A DNA stretch of 63,825 nt, filler included, from Aduncisulcus paluster (lineage: Eukaryota), in NCBI GenBank assembly GCA_024181965.1. It is 5 parts of 5 records of this genome, joined end to end, with 100 filler letters (N's around TTAATTAATTAA, not from the genome) between each part and the next. Parts side by side here need not be neighbours in the genome. Positions count along the whole stretch, not along the records: positions 33,809 to 59,119 come from BQXS01010984.1; 4 more parts are not named here. One strand, written 5' to 3'. Below are positions 43,455 through 55,600 of this stretch, in pieces; position 1 is the first letter of the stretch; every line of letters starts with the position of its first letter. Both the position numbers and the translations under genes were made by a program. The notes under the pieces are model-generated. The model saw nothing but the letters and a program-made list of their open reading frames with translations, did no database searches and was not told the DNA's origin.

Positions 43455-46400
43455 AAAGGAAGAAGAAGCAAAGGAAGATCATGATGAACAAGAAGAAGAG
43501 GAAGAAGAAGATATATTTTCTGATTATTTTGGCTCTGAAGAAGGATTTGGCAAATGTCTTGATGACATTGATTCTCAATCTCAAGAATTGTCCTCGATTG
43601 GATATGATGATGAAAATTCTGAATCATCACATCAGAATCTTTCTGATGAGTTTAGCAGAGAAAAAGATGAAGATTTGAGAGGAAGTGAAGTTCAATCAGA
43701 TTCTTCAAAAAGATATGAAAATGTGTTAGCAATCGTCAAATCTTTTTCAAATCCGTCATTCCGTTCCAAAATCTGTGAACTTTGTGAATTTTGTTATAAA
43801 TTATATGATGAAATTGCTCCAATCAATGACACTCCCATCTTAATTTCTCTCTTAAGAACTTGTGTTGGGCTCATTCAGTTTTCTCGAACTAGAAATTCTT
43901 CCTTATTCCCCGAATTTTGTTCCGATGAATTCACTTCCTTATCAAATGCTTCATTGCAGGCAATTTTTGATTTGATTGCTCCCTTATTCATCCCATCTTT
44001 TTCCCCTAAGAACCCCGAAAACATTATTTCCCTCCAAAAATCTCTCAATTCGATAATTTTTTCACCTCATGACGAAGAATTTTCTGCCCGTGACGATCTT
44101 GAATTTCTTCATCAATCCCATTTCGTAATTACTCCATCAACTAAGATCAATATTGAGAAATTGACACCAGCAATAATTGCAGGAACGCCTATTTGTATTG
44201 TTGGTGAAGCTCTAAGTGGGAAAAGTGCATTGGCTAACTATTTGGGAGAGAAAAGAAAATCAGTCTTTCAACCAATCGAGTCATATTCATCTTCCAAAAT
44301 TGAAAGATTTCAATGCAACCAAAATTCTGAAAAAGAATCGTTGTTTGGTTCTTTATCTCTCTCTAATTCCTTTTCTTATGAATTAGGACCTCTTTCGAAG
44401 GCCATTCAAAACGGTTGGACATTTATTCTAGAAGATGCACACTTGCTTGAACCATCAGTTCTCCAACAAATAGCAAATGTCCTCTCTGTGTTGCCAGGTC
44501 AAAGAATCCCACTTCCCAATAGTATTTCGAAATGCGTGAGGAGGCATATAAATTTCACTTTTATTTGTACAACTCGAAAACCTTTAGAATCAACTTTTCC
44601 TTATATTCCTCATTTATTCATTGAAAAATTCAATATTAAGGATATTGCTTCAATCTGTGATTTCTACAAAAGTCATTGTAATGTTGGAATGAGATATTGC
44701 GACAAAATCTCTTTGTTATTATCTCAATTAATCGAAAAGAATGAAACGTATTCGTACTCGGTAAAAGATATAAATACGATCCTTCTCCGAATTTCATACC
44801 TTGAGAGAACAAATTGCTTTGACAAATGTTTGGTTGATGAGTTTGGAAGGCAAAAGTTTTTATTAGATGTTGTACCTGCCAGGATTGCTACCCTTCTTCT
44901 GGTTAGTACTATTCCAATTGCTAAAAGGGATGAATTATGCCCAAATATTTTTTCGGTTATTGATGATGTTTTTGGATTGATTGATTCTAAGTTTTTAAAC
45001 TCGAAGGAATGGCTTGACTCTGAAGTTACTGTGGAAAAACTCCATCAAACAATACAAAAGGGATGCCTCTCCATTCCCTTTTCAGCCCCAGTTCTCTCAC
45101 AGAGTAGTATACATCCTCGAATCCTCCAGTTATTGTATTCTTTGGAATGTACAGCTCCAAATGAGCATATTCTTCTGGTTGGTGAGACCTGTTACAAATC
45201 AAAGGCCTTATCAGATTGGTTGAATAATATTCCATCCAAAGATTGCAATATACCCCTTTTTGAATTTTCAAGAGAAAGTGAGATATCTTCTATTCTTGGT
45301 GCTGAACAATTACACACTTTGAAACAAGTTGAAGAAACTTATAAATCAATGGAAGAATTTCTAAAAAATATTGAAGAAGAAGGAGAAATCGGAAGTTCAA
45401 TCATGTTTGAATATATTCAACAGTTAAAAAAGATGAAAAGGAAGAAAGAAAAAGATTTGAAAGCTAGTTTAGCCGAAAATGGGGAAGATATCAGTGCAGC
45501 TTCTGGATTTAATAAGTATTGTATGAATTTTGTTCCAGCTTCACTCCTTTGTAGAGCTAGTATCGGAAGGCCAGTTCTAATCAAGAATATTGCCTTGCCT
45601 CCCGCTTCTGTTGTTGAAAGTTTATGCCCCTTATTACATCCAAATGGACCAATATTTGACATTCCCAAGACAATATTCTTCCAAAATAGAAATGGGTCCC
45701 CAAAATCAATTCCAAATTGGGCAAACCACGCTTCTAGAGGTGAGCGTTTTGTTCTCTATGCCACATGTCATCCTCAAAGTTATGATAAACTATCACCCGC
45801 GATTCGAACAAGAATGACAGTTATGCATGTTAATTCATATAACACTGATGATAGAAAACTTGTTATTTCGAATCAATTTATCCATAACATGAAAAAATAT
45901 CCTCCTAAACAACGCCTTGATCACTCTGAAATGTTAAAGTTAGAAACAATTCTCTTGGAAATATATGAAAAAGCTTCTGATTATATCTCGATTGCGTTTA
46001 GATCTTTAATTCTCTGGGTTGACTCAACCATGGCCATGTATTGCCAAAAAGGAGATTCACAAACGTCTCCAACACATTGTGTATCCTATGCCTTTGTGAG
46101 ATCAGTGGTTGATGGATTGGAAGATGATACCCGAGATAGTTTGATAAGAATGCTTTGGGAAGATAAATATCTCCCAGATTCATTTTTAGAAATCATTCCT
46201 GACAGAGTTGGAAAAGAATTATGCTCCAAAGAATCATCTAGTATCGGAACATTCAATGATTTCTTCACTATAAAGTTGTTAAAACAAAAGCATTCAAATA
46301 GATTTATCCATATCAAAAGCAAGGTTTCCCAAATATCTTTCAATTTCCCAGTTTCGAAAAAATATACTATTCCCAAGTCGATTCATGAATTTATTTTTGT

Positions 46401-49400
46401 TCCAACTCTTGTTCATATGCTTGATGCATTTCTCACAGCCGCAACTTGCAATTGCCCAGTATTTATTGAAGCAGCTCCAGGAATTGGAAAGTCAGCTTGT
46501 GCTCAAGTTATTGCTGAACTTTTGGATCTTCCTTTCAAGAGATTCAACTTTTCCAATTCAACCTCTCTTGATGATCTCTTTGGGAGATATCAGAGTTTTA
46601 ATGAGAAAAATGATGATGGAACTGAAGGAGTATTACAGTTTAAACGTGGTGAAGGGGCATTATTATCTGCAATTGGTACCAATGAGCAGTATTCTCCCGT
46701 TTCTTATCCAACAAGAATCATACTATTTGATGAAACAAATCTTGCCCCCCCTGAAGTTCTTGATGTACTTCTTCCGATGTGTTCAATGACAAATCGGAAT
46801 GTCACATGTCCTGATGGTTCTATCATTGATTGTTCTCACGTTCTTGTCTTCGCCACTCTTAATCCAGCAAATATTTCAGGATCAAGAAATCCTATTCCAC
46901 AATCTCTTCAACAATCTGTATTTTATCTGAATGTTCCACAATATTCCAACGAAGAATTGTTGCAAATTGCACAAAAGAAGTTGGCCTCCTTGCCAAATGT
47001 ATCAACCAATGCTGTTTCTCAACTTATCCATGCCCATGCAACAACGATGCTTTTTACAAAGAAACTTGGAAATACAGACTATTCCTCACTTAGGGAGATT
47101 ATTAAAGTCTCTGAAATCTATTTGGCCGCTATTGAAGCCAACGCTCCACTTTCTTTTGAATTTGTCCTGGATTTGGTTTATTTCTCGCGATTTGATCCAA
47201 CGATGCGAAGTGAACTTTTACGAAATGCCAAATTGCCTTCATTTTCATCTGGTATGATGGATTTACAACCATTTAGACAAAGAACTGAAGATTCTCGACT
47301 CTTGCTTCAGATTGGGCGAGCCAAAATTGATTGTACAAATTGGTTATCCCCTACTGACAGATCTATACTTGGGAGACTACCACCTGGCCAACCAATACCC
47401 ATCCAACACTCCTTATCCTCCCAGCAACTTGTTGTTATGGAAAAAATTGGAAGTATTATCCCGACTAAACGGGCTATTCTGCTTCTTGGTGGAAGTGGAT
47501 CTGGAAAGTCGTTCTTGGTTGAAACAATGGCAAAACTATGTGGTAAGAAACTTCATGTCATCCAGCTAAACAGTGAATCTGATATCGGAAGTATTGTTGG
47601 TAGATTGGAACCGACTCCGCCATCCGGACAAGAAAAGCTAACAAATACAATTGTGAAAACAATTCAATCGGTTCTTCAGGGAATGATGGCTGTTAAAACG
47701 AAAAAATCAACGAGAGAAAAATTTTTGAGGCTTCAAAGATACATTCCAGCATTATTAAACCCCAATTTTGCGAAGCGGAAGGCCACTCTCATTGAATGCT
47801 CTCTAGTTTTCCCACAATTTAAAATTCCTCTTGAAGAATGCGAAATATTTCTTCAAAAGGCCAAAGCCAATTTCAAATTTATCAAGTCTACTCTCATTAA
47901 AGCCATGGAAGATGGAGATTTCTTCCTCCTTGACAATCTTCAAGCAGCTCCATCTGATGTGTGCGAGAGATTGAATTCGTTGATCGAAGAAAACCAAAGA
48001 TTATATTTATTCGAAAAAGATTCAGAAACGGTTTATGTTGAAAATCCAACAAAACCTGGAGAAAAACAGATTTCTAAAGATTTTAGATTATTTATGACTG
48101 CCGATCCGAATCGTGTCGGCGCTCACGCGATTCCTCCAAGTTTTATGTCAAGATGTATCGCAATTTCAACATCTTCTCTCGTTCCGAAACTCCAAAGTTC
48201 CCATGATTCTTCAATTTCCGAACAAATTGCAGTCAAAAATCTTGTTGAAATAGCAGGACGTTCTTTATTCAATGATTCTGGAGTTTTTGCAAACAAGAAA
48301 CAATTATCACTTGATTTCGGAGCTGCTATTGCTTGCGCCTTTGCCAATATGTATAAGCTATGGACCTTTTCACCACCATCTTCGATTACCACCCAATTTA
48401 GTGTTCGATCTTTCTTCCACACTTTGAAATCTTTCGATATTATTGTCAGAAAACAGAAACTTCTTCCTCCACATGAACAATGTGATCATATTGCTATTCT
48501 CAAATTTGTGTTATTCCATCATTATGAGAAAATGAGCGATGATCAAAGCTATCGGAGAATGGCACAACAATCTATCATTGAAAAAGTTGTCACTGGCTAT
48601 TCTGCTCTAAAAACTGTCAACTTCTGTGAAAAACATGACCATTTTATTGAATTGGAACGTAATATTGCCTCTTTTGAACATATTTGTTTAAACTCTTTAA
48701 TTAAAGAAGAAGATAGCCAGGATTTGGCAAAGAAATTATTCTGTTATGTTGATGGATTCAAAAATTCTTCCGATTTCATACATATTGATAAACTTAGAAA
48801 TGGTAAATCCGGGAAAAATTCTGGTAGATTTGAGCGTTTGTTGCAACTTCAGGCTCCACAATCTTCCTTAAATGAAAAAATCCAACATTTACGAACTATT
48901 ATTATGAGTTTACTGAATGATATCATACAACTCTCTATTTCTAAATCTGATTTTAATATCCGGTATTCTGAACTTAAAACTTTCACCTTCTCGTATTGTA
49001 GTTTGTGTGCTAAGGAATCTATCCTCTCCGATCTTGTCAAAGAAATTGGGTCGCAGCTGTTTCCTACGTTCATCTTTACAGATTATGTACTTCGGCAATT
49101 TTCTTCCCTTCAAATGGATATGAAACATGACAAAATTGATGATGAAAATGATGAGAACGATCAGGGATACAATGATAGACAACAGCTAAAATGGTGCATC
49201 GAAACTTATTCCTTGTCTGATTCACCAAAAAACAAACCTTTACTTCCACAATCTTTCCATTGGTATCCTTTATTGTATTCTTCGATTCAAATGGCATTTG
49301 AAATTTTGAAGCAGAATTCCAAACCTTCTAAGTCCTTCAAAATAGAATCCCATTATAATGCCATTTCAAATGCTTTGGCCGGCTCATTTGTTAATCATCA

Positions 49401-52400
49401 GTGTGTGGATAATTTACGGCGTGAAGGAATATCAAATGCTCAATATTGTGGAATATTGATTTCTTTATATTCTAGATACTTTTATTATAATCCAAAATCA
49501 AAATTCAACCCCTTCCACTCACTACAGGCAATTCTTGAAATTGCCGAAGCTTTAATCATCCTTTCTCACCATGGGATTAACAATGTGAAAATTAAGCCAA
49601 GATTATATGAACGAGAAAAACCACAACCAGGTACCGTTCTCATTGAACAACGGGAATCCAAACTCACTCATGTGCTTTTCTTGAGGGATAGTTCAAATGG
49701 CGATGGAAATGTTTGTGATAATGCTAAGATAAAAATATCACCAGTTCATTTTCTTCGATGCGCAGCTTTCAATTTAGTTCGTCAGAGTTCTAAACTAAAA
49801 AAGAAAGAAAAGACATCCAAACCTCATAAAATATCAGTTCCTAACACTGCCTTTGATCGAGAAGAACAGAAAAAATTACCAACAAATTATCTTGAAAGAA
49901 TTCCCAAAAAAAATGATTTTTTTTTCCCACTTGCCATTATTGAAAATCCTAAGAAATCTCGTCAGGGTTCAAAACCCAAACTTTCTCAATCCATGCAATT
50001 ATGGAATATTCGCGACTTCTTCTCAATGATGTGCTTTATTCCTCAAAATAGGTGTAGCCTTTTCCACCATCTTTTAGACCCTGCCTTTATTCATCCGATG
50101 CACCGAGAATTTCAAGAATATATCCATCATTCTGTTCAATCGTTATCATTTTTAGAGTTAATCAAATCCTCTTGTTATAGAAAATTGATTTTCAAGATGC
50201 CAACTGAGCTACTTCAGATATCCCAGCAAATTAATATTGATAATTATCGGTTGATCCTTAATTTATACATGCAAAAAGAAGAATTTTTGAGTTTAGATCG
50301 TAAAGATCCGAAATGGAAATCACTAATTTCCAAAATTTTCCACTCTTCTCTACAACAAAGAGTGATGCAAATAAGACAATTAGAAGATTGTACAAAACAT
50401 TCTAAAGGATTTTTCAATAATTTTGGGTTCAAATCTATGTCTTATGATGTAATAATTGGATTACTGGATAAATTAAAAGGAGAATCCGATGCTGAACAAT
50501 TCGAATCTATGAAAATCTCAGAACAGACACGGAAAGTTGGAGAAGCTTCACGACAATTGAGGAAGAAAATTGATACCGTCAGAACTCAACTCCCTTGTAA
50601 CCGAGCAGTTGAAAACCTTGTTCAGATGTATGAACGGGGATTAGCTCCCAAAATCGAAAAATTGATCCAAGATGAACATTCTCGAAACGAAGTCTTTGAA
50701 GGGCTTGCCGAAACTATCGACGAGTACAAGAGAAAATGTGAAAATATGTCAATTCAGTTGGATATTATATTTTCGGATCATTTTAAGAAGGACCAAGCTA
50801 TGTCTGAAAAGAAAGTTGAGCTGGGTGTTTTGTGGAAACTAATTAATGAGCAAATTAATCGTAAACATAAGGTTTACATTCCTCAAACACCAATAACTCG
50901 AATGTTTGAAATGCTTTATAGATATTGTAAGATTAGATTCCAAATTCAGACTTTCTTAAAATCTATCTCCAGCAAAACCACTCCAAATGAAATGAGAATG
51001 AGAATTGTAAATTTGCTTGAAAAAATGAGAGGATTAGATATTAATGGCAAGGCAATTGATTTTTTAATTGACTTTGTGATGGATTATTATATCAAAGATG
51101 AATTTGTTCATGACGCTTGCAAATCGATTATTAACTGGATTTCATTAATATCAATAATTTCTTTGAATGAACAACTTTCAGAAATTGTTACAGTTGATAA
51201 TTTTGCATCAGAAATGGCCAAATTTGAAAATTTAGTGTCGTTATTACAATTGGCTCACTATATCTCGCCCTATGAAACTAATGTGAACAATGTTGATTTT
51301 TTCATCCATATTGAAAATATTTCAATCGATTCTATTGCTCAACTTCTGATATTTATTTCCCATCAACAATTTGGATCAGCGATGGGTCAACAAGTTTTGA
51401 CTGCATTAAGAATAGTTTCTCTGGATGACGAATCAAATACTTCGAAGCTTGAAAATCAATATAAGCAATATTTAGATAATTGTTCATTAATTGTACGTCA
51501 ATTTCCCGATAATTTAGCGGATTCAATATTCTTGAGATTGATTTGCGCTCAAAATAACATCCCAATCTCATATATAAATCATAATTTCTCCGAAAATATT
51601 CCTCATGGATTTCCTATAACTCTCTGCGCTCTTTCTGGAGTTTTACAAATGTCAAAACATTCTATTGAGCGTCTTTGTGACTCAAAAAGCCTTCAAAAAA
51701 GATGTTGTTCAAAAATTATGATGGAATTAAGTCGTTCTTCCTTGATTTCTCCGCATGAATCCCTATACTTTTCTTTATTTTATGAAAAACCCATATGTAA
51801 TGGAGATAACCTGTTTTATTTTTCATTATTTAACGAGTTGATCAGCAGTTTCGAGGTCCAATTACGTGCGTTTGAAAAAGCGAACAAGAAAAATGTTAAA
51901 TTTCAACAATTTTTGAAATCTCATACTCCAATCATTAAAAATCAAGCTCTGATTGAATTTGAAAAAATCTTGCATGATCCAAGTATTTTGTCATCTCTGA
52001 CTTCGGACGGAGAGAGTTCTGATAATGATCAATTCATTTTATTTTATCCATCAAAAGTAGTATCTTTGATGTACAAAGAGTTTCTCCGCTCTGAATTGCA
52101 AAATATCCATGAACATATCCAAAGAAATTCAATTGAAAAAGAAAGGTTGCAAGAAGAATATAATTCTCAAAAAATGATAATCTTCGAATTTCAAGATGAA
52201 TTATCCAAACAATTTTCTTCTTGGGCAGATACTTTGTATCTTCGAGCACAAGAAAAATATGAAAGGGAAAGTGATCAAAGGAAGCTTCGAGAATGTTGCA
52301 AAAATATCCATGAAATTCGAAAATGGTGGAAAAAGGGGGAAAGAGATCTTGATCTCCAACATTTAAAAGTAGATTTTAAAGTCTCAAAACATGCTTGTAA

Positions 52401-52590
52401 AGTGGAGATCAAACCAGGTGCAAAATGGAAAAGTAAGGATAAACAATGCATGTTTTCCACATTTTTTTCTCCATTCCATTCACTCTCTTATGAATTAATT
52501 AAATCCAGATGGTCAATGATGCTTCGCGATACAACTTCTTTTATTTGCATAATGCCAAAAATTCCGTTTCAGTCTTTATATCGAATTTAA
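43270..52590 (+). CDS. Segment 4 of giant midasin-like gene: acidic tract, AAA modules 3-6, long helical linker
   Basis: Walker A-like GEALSGKS (44203), GETCYKS (45181), AAPGIGKS (46471) and GGSGSGKS (47488), with ILFDETNLA, LLDNL, ERLNSLIE and FRLFMTADP. Confidence 0.85.
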   Translation, partial: LTKLLLESPLEETELEEEEMFESSDEIEDELLNSNFIKKKTSDSPSQDEKQKEKEEEEEKGAKEEEAKEDHDEQEEEEEEDIFSDYFGSEEGFGKCLDDIDSQSQELSSIGYDDENSESSHQNLSDEFSREKDEDLRGSEVQSDSSKRYENVLAIVKSFSNPSFRSKICELCEFCYKLYDEIAPINDTPILISLLRTCVGLIQFSRTRNSSLFPEFCSDEFTSLSNASLQAIFDLIAPLFIPSFSPKNPENIISLQKSLNSIIFSPHDEEFSARDDLEFLHQSHFVITPSTKINIEKLTPAIIAGTPICIVGEALSGKSALANYLGEKRKSVFQPIESYSSSKIERFQCNQNSEKESLFGSLSLSNSFSYELGPLSKAIQNGWTFILEDAHLLEPSVLQQIANVLSVLPGQRIPLPNSISKCVRRHINFTFICTTRKPLESTFPYIPHLFIEKFNIKDIASICDFYKSHCNVGMRYCDKISLLLSQLIEKNETYSYSVKDINTILLRISYLERTNCFDKCLVDEFGRQKFLLDVVPARIATLLLVSTIPIAKRDELCPNIFSVIDDVFGLIDSKFLNSKEWLDSEVTVEKLHQTIQKGCLSIPFSAPVLSQSSIHPRILQLLYSLECTAPNEHILLVGETCYKSKALSDWLNNIPSKDCNIPLFEFSRESEISSILGAEQLHTLKQVEETYKSMEEFLKNIEEEGEIGSSIMFEYIQQLKKMKRKKEKDLKASLAENGEDISAASGFNKYCMNFVPASLLCRASIGRPVLIKNIALPPASVVESLCPLLHPNGPIFDIPKTIFFQNRNGSPKSIPNWANHASRGERFVLYATCHPQSYDKLSPAIRTRMTVMHVNSYNTDDRKLVISNQFIHNMKKYPPKQRLDHSEMLKLETILLEIYEKASDYISIAFRSLILWVDSTMAMYCQKGDSQTSPTHCVSYAFVRSVVDGLEDDTRDSLIRMLWEDKYLPDSFLEIIPDRVGKELCSKESSSIGTFNDFFTIKLLKQKHSNRFIHIKSKVSQISFNFPVSKKYTIPKSIHEFIFVPTLVHMLDAFLTAATCNCPVFIEAAPGIGKSACAQVIAELLDLPFKRFNFSNSTSLDDLFGRYQSFNEKNDDGTEGVLQFKRGEGALLSAIGTNEQYSPVSYPTRIILFDETNLAPPEVLDVLLPMCSMTNRNVTCPDGSIIDCSHVLVFATLNPANISGSRNPIPQSLQQSVFYLNVPQYSNEELLQIAQKKLASLPNVSTNAVSQLIHAHATTMLFTKKLGNTDYSSLREIIKVSEIYLAAIEANAPLSFEFVLDLVYFSRFDPTMRSELLRNAKLPSFSSGMMDLQPFRQRTEDSRLLLQIGRAKIDCTNWLSPTDRSILGRLPPGQPIPIQHSLSSQQLVVMEKIGSIIPTKRAILLLGGSGSGKSFLVETMAKLCGKKLHVIQLNSESDIGSIVGRLEPTPPSGQEKLTNTIVKTIQSVLQGMMAVKTKKSTREKFLRLQRYIPALLNPNFAKRKATLIECSLVFPQFKIPLEECEIFLQKAKANFKFIKSTLIKAMEDGDFFLLDNLQAAPSDVCERLNSLIEENQRLYLFEKDSETVYVENPTKPGEKQISKDFRLFMTADPNRVGAHAIPPSFMSRCIAISTSSLVPKLQSSHDSSISEQIAVKNLVEIAGRSLFNDSGVFANKKQLSLDFGAAIACAFANMYKLWTFSPPSSITTQFSVRSFFHTLKSFDIIVRKQKLLPPHEQCDHIAILKFVLFHHYEKMSDDQSYRRMAQQSIIEKVVTGYSALKTVNFCEKHDHFIELERNIASFEHICLNSLIKEEDSQDLAKKLFCYVDGFKNSSDFIHIDKLRNGKSGKNSGRFERLLQLQAPQSSLNEKIQHLRTIIMSLLNDIIQLSISKSDFNIRYSELKTFTFSYCSLCAKESILSDLVKEIGSQLFPTFIFTDYVLRQFSSLQMDMKHDKIDDENDENDQGYNDRQQLKWCIETYSLSDSPKNKPLLPQSFHWYPLLYSSIQMAFEILKQNSKPSKSFKIESHYNAISNALAGSFVNHQCVDNLRREGISNAQYCGILISLYSRYFYYNPKSKFNPFHSLQAILEIAEALIILSHHGINNVKIKPRLYEREKPQPGTVLIEQRESKLTHVLFLRDSSNGDGNVCDNAKIKISPVHFLRCAAFNLVRQSSKLKKKEKTSKPHKISVPNTAFDREEQKKLPTNYLERIPKKNDFFFPLAIIENPKKSRQGSKPKLSQSMQLWNIRDFFSMMCFIPQNRCSLFHHLLDPAFIHPMHREFQEYIHHSVQSLSFLELIKSSCYRKLIFKMPTELLQISQQINIDNYRLILNLYMQKEEFLSLDRKDPKWKSLISKIFHSSLQQRVMQIRQLEDCTKHSKGFFNNFGFKSMSYDVIIGLLDKLKGESDAEQFESMKISEQTRKVGEASRQLRKKIDTVRTQLPCNRAVENLVQMYERGLAPKIEKLIQDEHSRNEVFEGLAETIDEYKRKCENMSIQLDIIFSDHFKKDQAMSEKKVELGVLWKLINEQINRKHKVYIPQTPITRMFEMLYRYCKIRFQIQTFLKSISSKTTPNEMRMRIVNLLEKMRGLDINGKAIDFLIDFVMDYYIKDEFVHDACKSIINWISLISIISLNEQLSEIVTVDNFASEMAKFENLVSLLQLAHYISPYETNVNNVDFFIHIENISIDSIAQLLIFISHQQFGSAMGQQVLTALRIVSLDDESNTSKLENQYKQYLDNCSLIVRQFPDNLADSIFLRLICAQNNIPISYINHNFSENIPHGFPITLCALSGVLQMSKHSIERLCDSKSLQKRCCSKIMMELSRSSLISPHESLYFSLFYEKPICNGDNLFYFSLFNELISSFEVQLRAFEKANKKNVKFQQFLKSHTPIIKNQALIEFEKILHDPSILSSLTSDGESSDNDQFILFYPSKVVSLMYKEFLRSELQNIHEHIQRNSIEKERLQEEYNSQKMIIFEFQDELSKQFSSWADTLYLRAQEKYERESDQRKLRECCKNIHEIRKWWKKGERDLDLQHLKVDFKVSKHACKVEIKPGAKWKSKDKQCMFSTFFSPFHSLSYELIKSRWSMMLRDTTSFICIMPKIPFQSLYRI

Positions 52591-52603
52591 AATATCTAAA
52601 TAT

Positions 52604-55600
52604 TTGCGTCGTCAAAATATTGTAAAATTCTCTGGTTCTCTGTCTGATGGGATTTTTGTAATTCCCCACAGCGCTGAAAGGAGCATTTTCCAATCTATTC
52701 AATTAAATGGAGCAGATGAATTGTGTACTGAACTTCCTTTTGAAAATATCCCTATTAATCTTGAAAATATTGAAATTTTCCCATTATTCTTCCCCAATGA
52801 TACCTATAGTTTTATGCGATCACAATCTCGCTATCGATCCCCACCTCCTCCTCGAAAGATCGAGCTTCCAAGAGAATTCTTACCATTTTCCGAGGGAAGT
52901 TTGTATGAATATTATAATGATCTTCTTAGAGTGATAAATTCAAAATATGATTCTTTACGAAAGGAAATTATGTTTCCTTGTATTGAGAAAAATGATCTTA
53001 AAAAATCAGAAGCACAATTTCACGATCTTGAAAAGAGAATTTCCGTATTGAAGAGTGATGAGAGAAAAATTCAGGATATTCTTCCCGAACAAATATATCC
53101 AGATTTTTCTCATGAAATCGATTTTGTCAAAATCCCAAAATTTTCTCTTAACGTCGATCATTTTCAACCAAATCCACAGATAATTAATTCATCTTTTAAT
53201 TGTGAATCAATATTCATTCCTCTGAAACCAATAATTAGTGGAACTTATGTATCTGGACCCATTTGTACTGTGAAGATTGAAAATTTCTCCTCGTTAAATA
53301 ATATTACCTTTGCATACCAAAAAGATGACCATTCTCCTTTCTCCCCTCTTTTCTCATTTTCTTTAAAATATGCCTCAGCTCAAGTGCTCGAATTAAGGAT
53401 TAATTTCAATTGTAGTTCAATCCCTGTCGTTGAGAAAGAACAACAATATCTTGAAACACATCATCTATGTGTTGATATCGATGAATCTCCCGCTATTCTT
53501 CCAATATCATTACAATGCTGTATTTTACCCAATCTTATTTGCATTGAATGTGATCAAGGAATGAGATATAACAAGGACAAACTGGTAGCGATTGGACCTA
53601 TGCCATTAAATGTGAAATATCATCGACCTCGAGGATATCCCAATCATTCATTCATTGTTCAACACATTCAAGCTGGATATGACAACAAATGTTCAGGTTG
53701 TCATTGGAATTTAAATAAGGATGCCTTCCAATTTCAGTCAGAAAGAGGGAAAGGTGGCGACATTTTAGCATTGTCAGATGTGAAGACTTGTTCCTTACCC
53801 AGCTTCTCAGTATATTGCGAAAAGTTGAAAAGTAGTACTCTCAGAATATTTGGCTTTTATCAATCCAAAAAAAATGTCTTGAGTGAAATGAAAATTGTCG
53901 AATTTTCTACTCGATTATTAACAAAACGGTTTCGAGTATTTATTTGGAATGGTACTGGATCATCAATTAAAACATCAATTAAACTTGCTAAGAATCCTCT
54001 TAAAGCCAAATTTCTCTCGAATGGATATAAGAATGAAATGAATTTATCAATGAAAAATAATTCATGGAACGAAATCGGATTACAAGTTGATATTCCAACA
54101 TACAGACAAAGTATCGAAAACAAATGGAACATTCATATTCTCGATAAGAATCAAGAAATTTTGTTCTGTATTAAAGTAGTTTATGTATATAATTCAAAGT
54201 CCAATAATCAAATCGAATGGGCTATTGGAAAAGTTGATAATTCTCCAAAGAAAGAAGTTGTATCAAAGGAATTGGATCGAATGGCTAAAGTCCTTAAAGA
54301 AGAGCATAAAAAACAATTGGATGCTTTCCCTCTTGATGAAGGAGAGAAATCACCTGCCTTGTACTATAAAAATAGAAAGCCAATTTTGAGTGAAGAGTTT
54401 GATAGATATGATTCAAGTTGCAAAGTAGACCTTTTCACTCCCAAGTTATCATTTTCTTCAATGGATGAAATTGAATTCTCTGCTCAAACTCTGAGAGAAC
54501 TGCAAGATTTATGCGATGTTGATTCTTTGAAACTCTTTTCTGGTATTCATGCTCTCTGGATGAAGTTATTATCCTGTCAACATAATTTGGATCGGTGCGT
54601 GTTTGCTATTCAAAGAAAGGAAGCTGAAGAAAAGCAAAGACTTCTTGAGATATTTGAAGAATATATTGGGTTCTTGAAATCTTTTTCTTGTATTCATCTC
54701 GTTCCACCTCTGAAGCAAATTATTGAATTGAAATTTAAGACTATCTCAATATCTATCGATCAAATTTGTTCAATATCTACTCCAACCCAATTTGTTGAAT
54801 TTCATCCATTCCAAATATCGTCAGGAGATGTTCAGTTTGATTCTATCCATCAACCGTCCATTCAAAACAGCAATTCTATTTCGAAATCACAAAAATCCAA
54901 TCCAATCAAACCTCAATTAAATGTAATGTATTTTTCAAAACCTTCGAAAGCTCAAAAAGCAAAGAGCAAAAAGCTTCATTTCCAATCAACTTCAGACCAT
55001 CAATCTCAAAGAAAAGTTGATATCCAGCATGCAACAATTAAATCTGATCAAAAATTGTCCGTGTTGACACCACATGATGAACTTGAGCTTCTTGAAGTTC
55101 TCGGGAAAGCTCAAATGTTTTCTCTTGATGTATTTGATTTTGCAACAGATGAACAACTTGAGAAGTTGAAAGAAGCAAAAGATTTGACATTGGAGACTGT
55201 TATATCAAAAGATCAACCAAAGAGGGGGGGCAGTGAAACATGTGATAAAGCCCAGAATCCTGATGAATATTATTCTCGTACTCTATCAATATTGAGCAGT
55301 ACTTACGCTAAAGAAAAGCCCTGGGCTATTTTACCATCTTTGGAGGTTTCCGAAATTGTGGAAAAGGAAGATTTAATCAAACTGATATCTTTTGATAAAA
55401 AAATCGAAAAAGAATTCATGGGTGGCTATCTTAAAGAGTTTGCTGCAACTTTCCAATCAATGATAGATAAAATTACTGGATTTGTCTGTGAAAAACGTAT
55501 GGAAGGAACAATATCGTATGATAAAACTGATGTTGTTCTTGCCGTTGATATTCACAAATATTTGAAGGAGGAGAAACTACTCGTGATCCATCTGGTTTTC

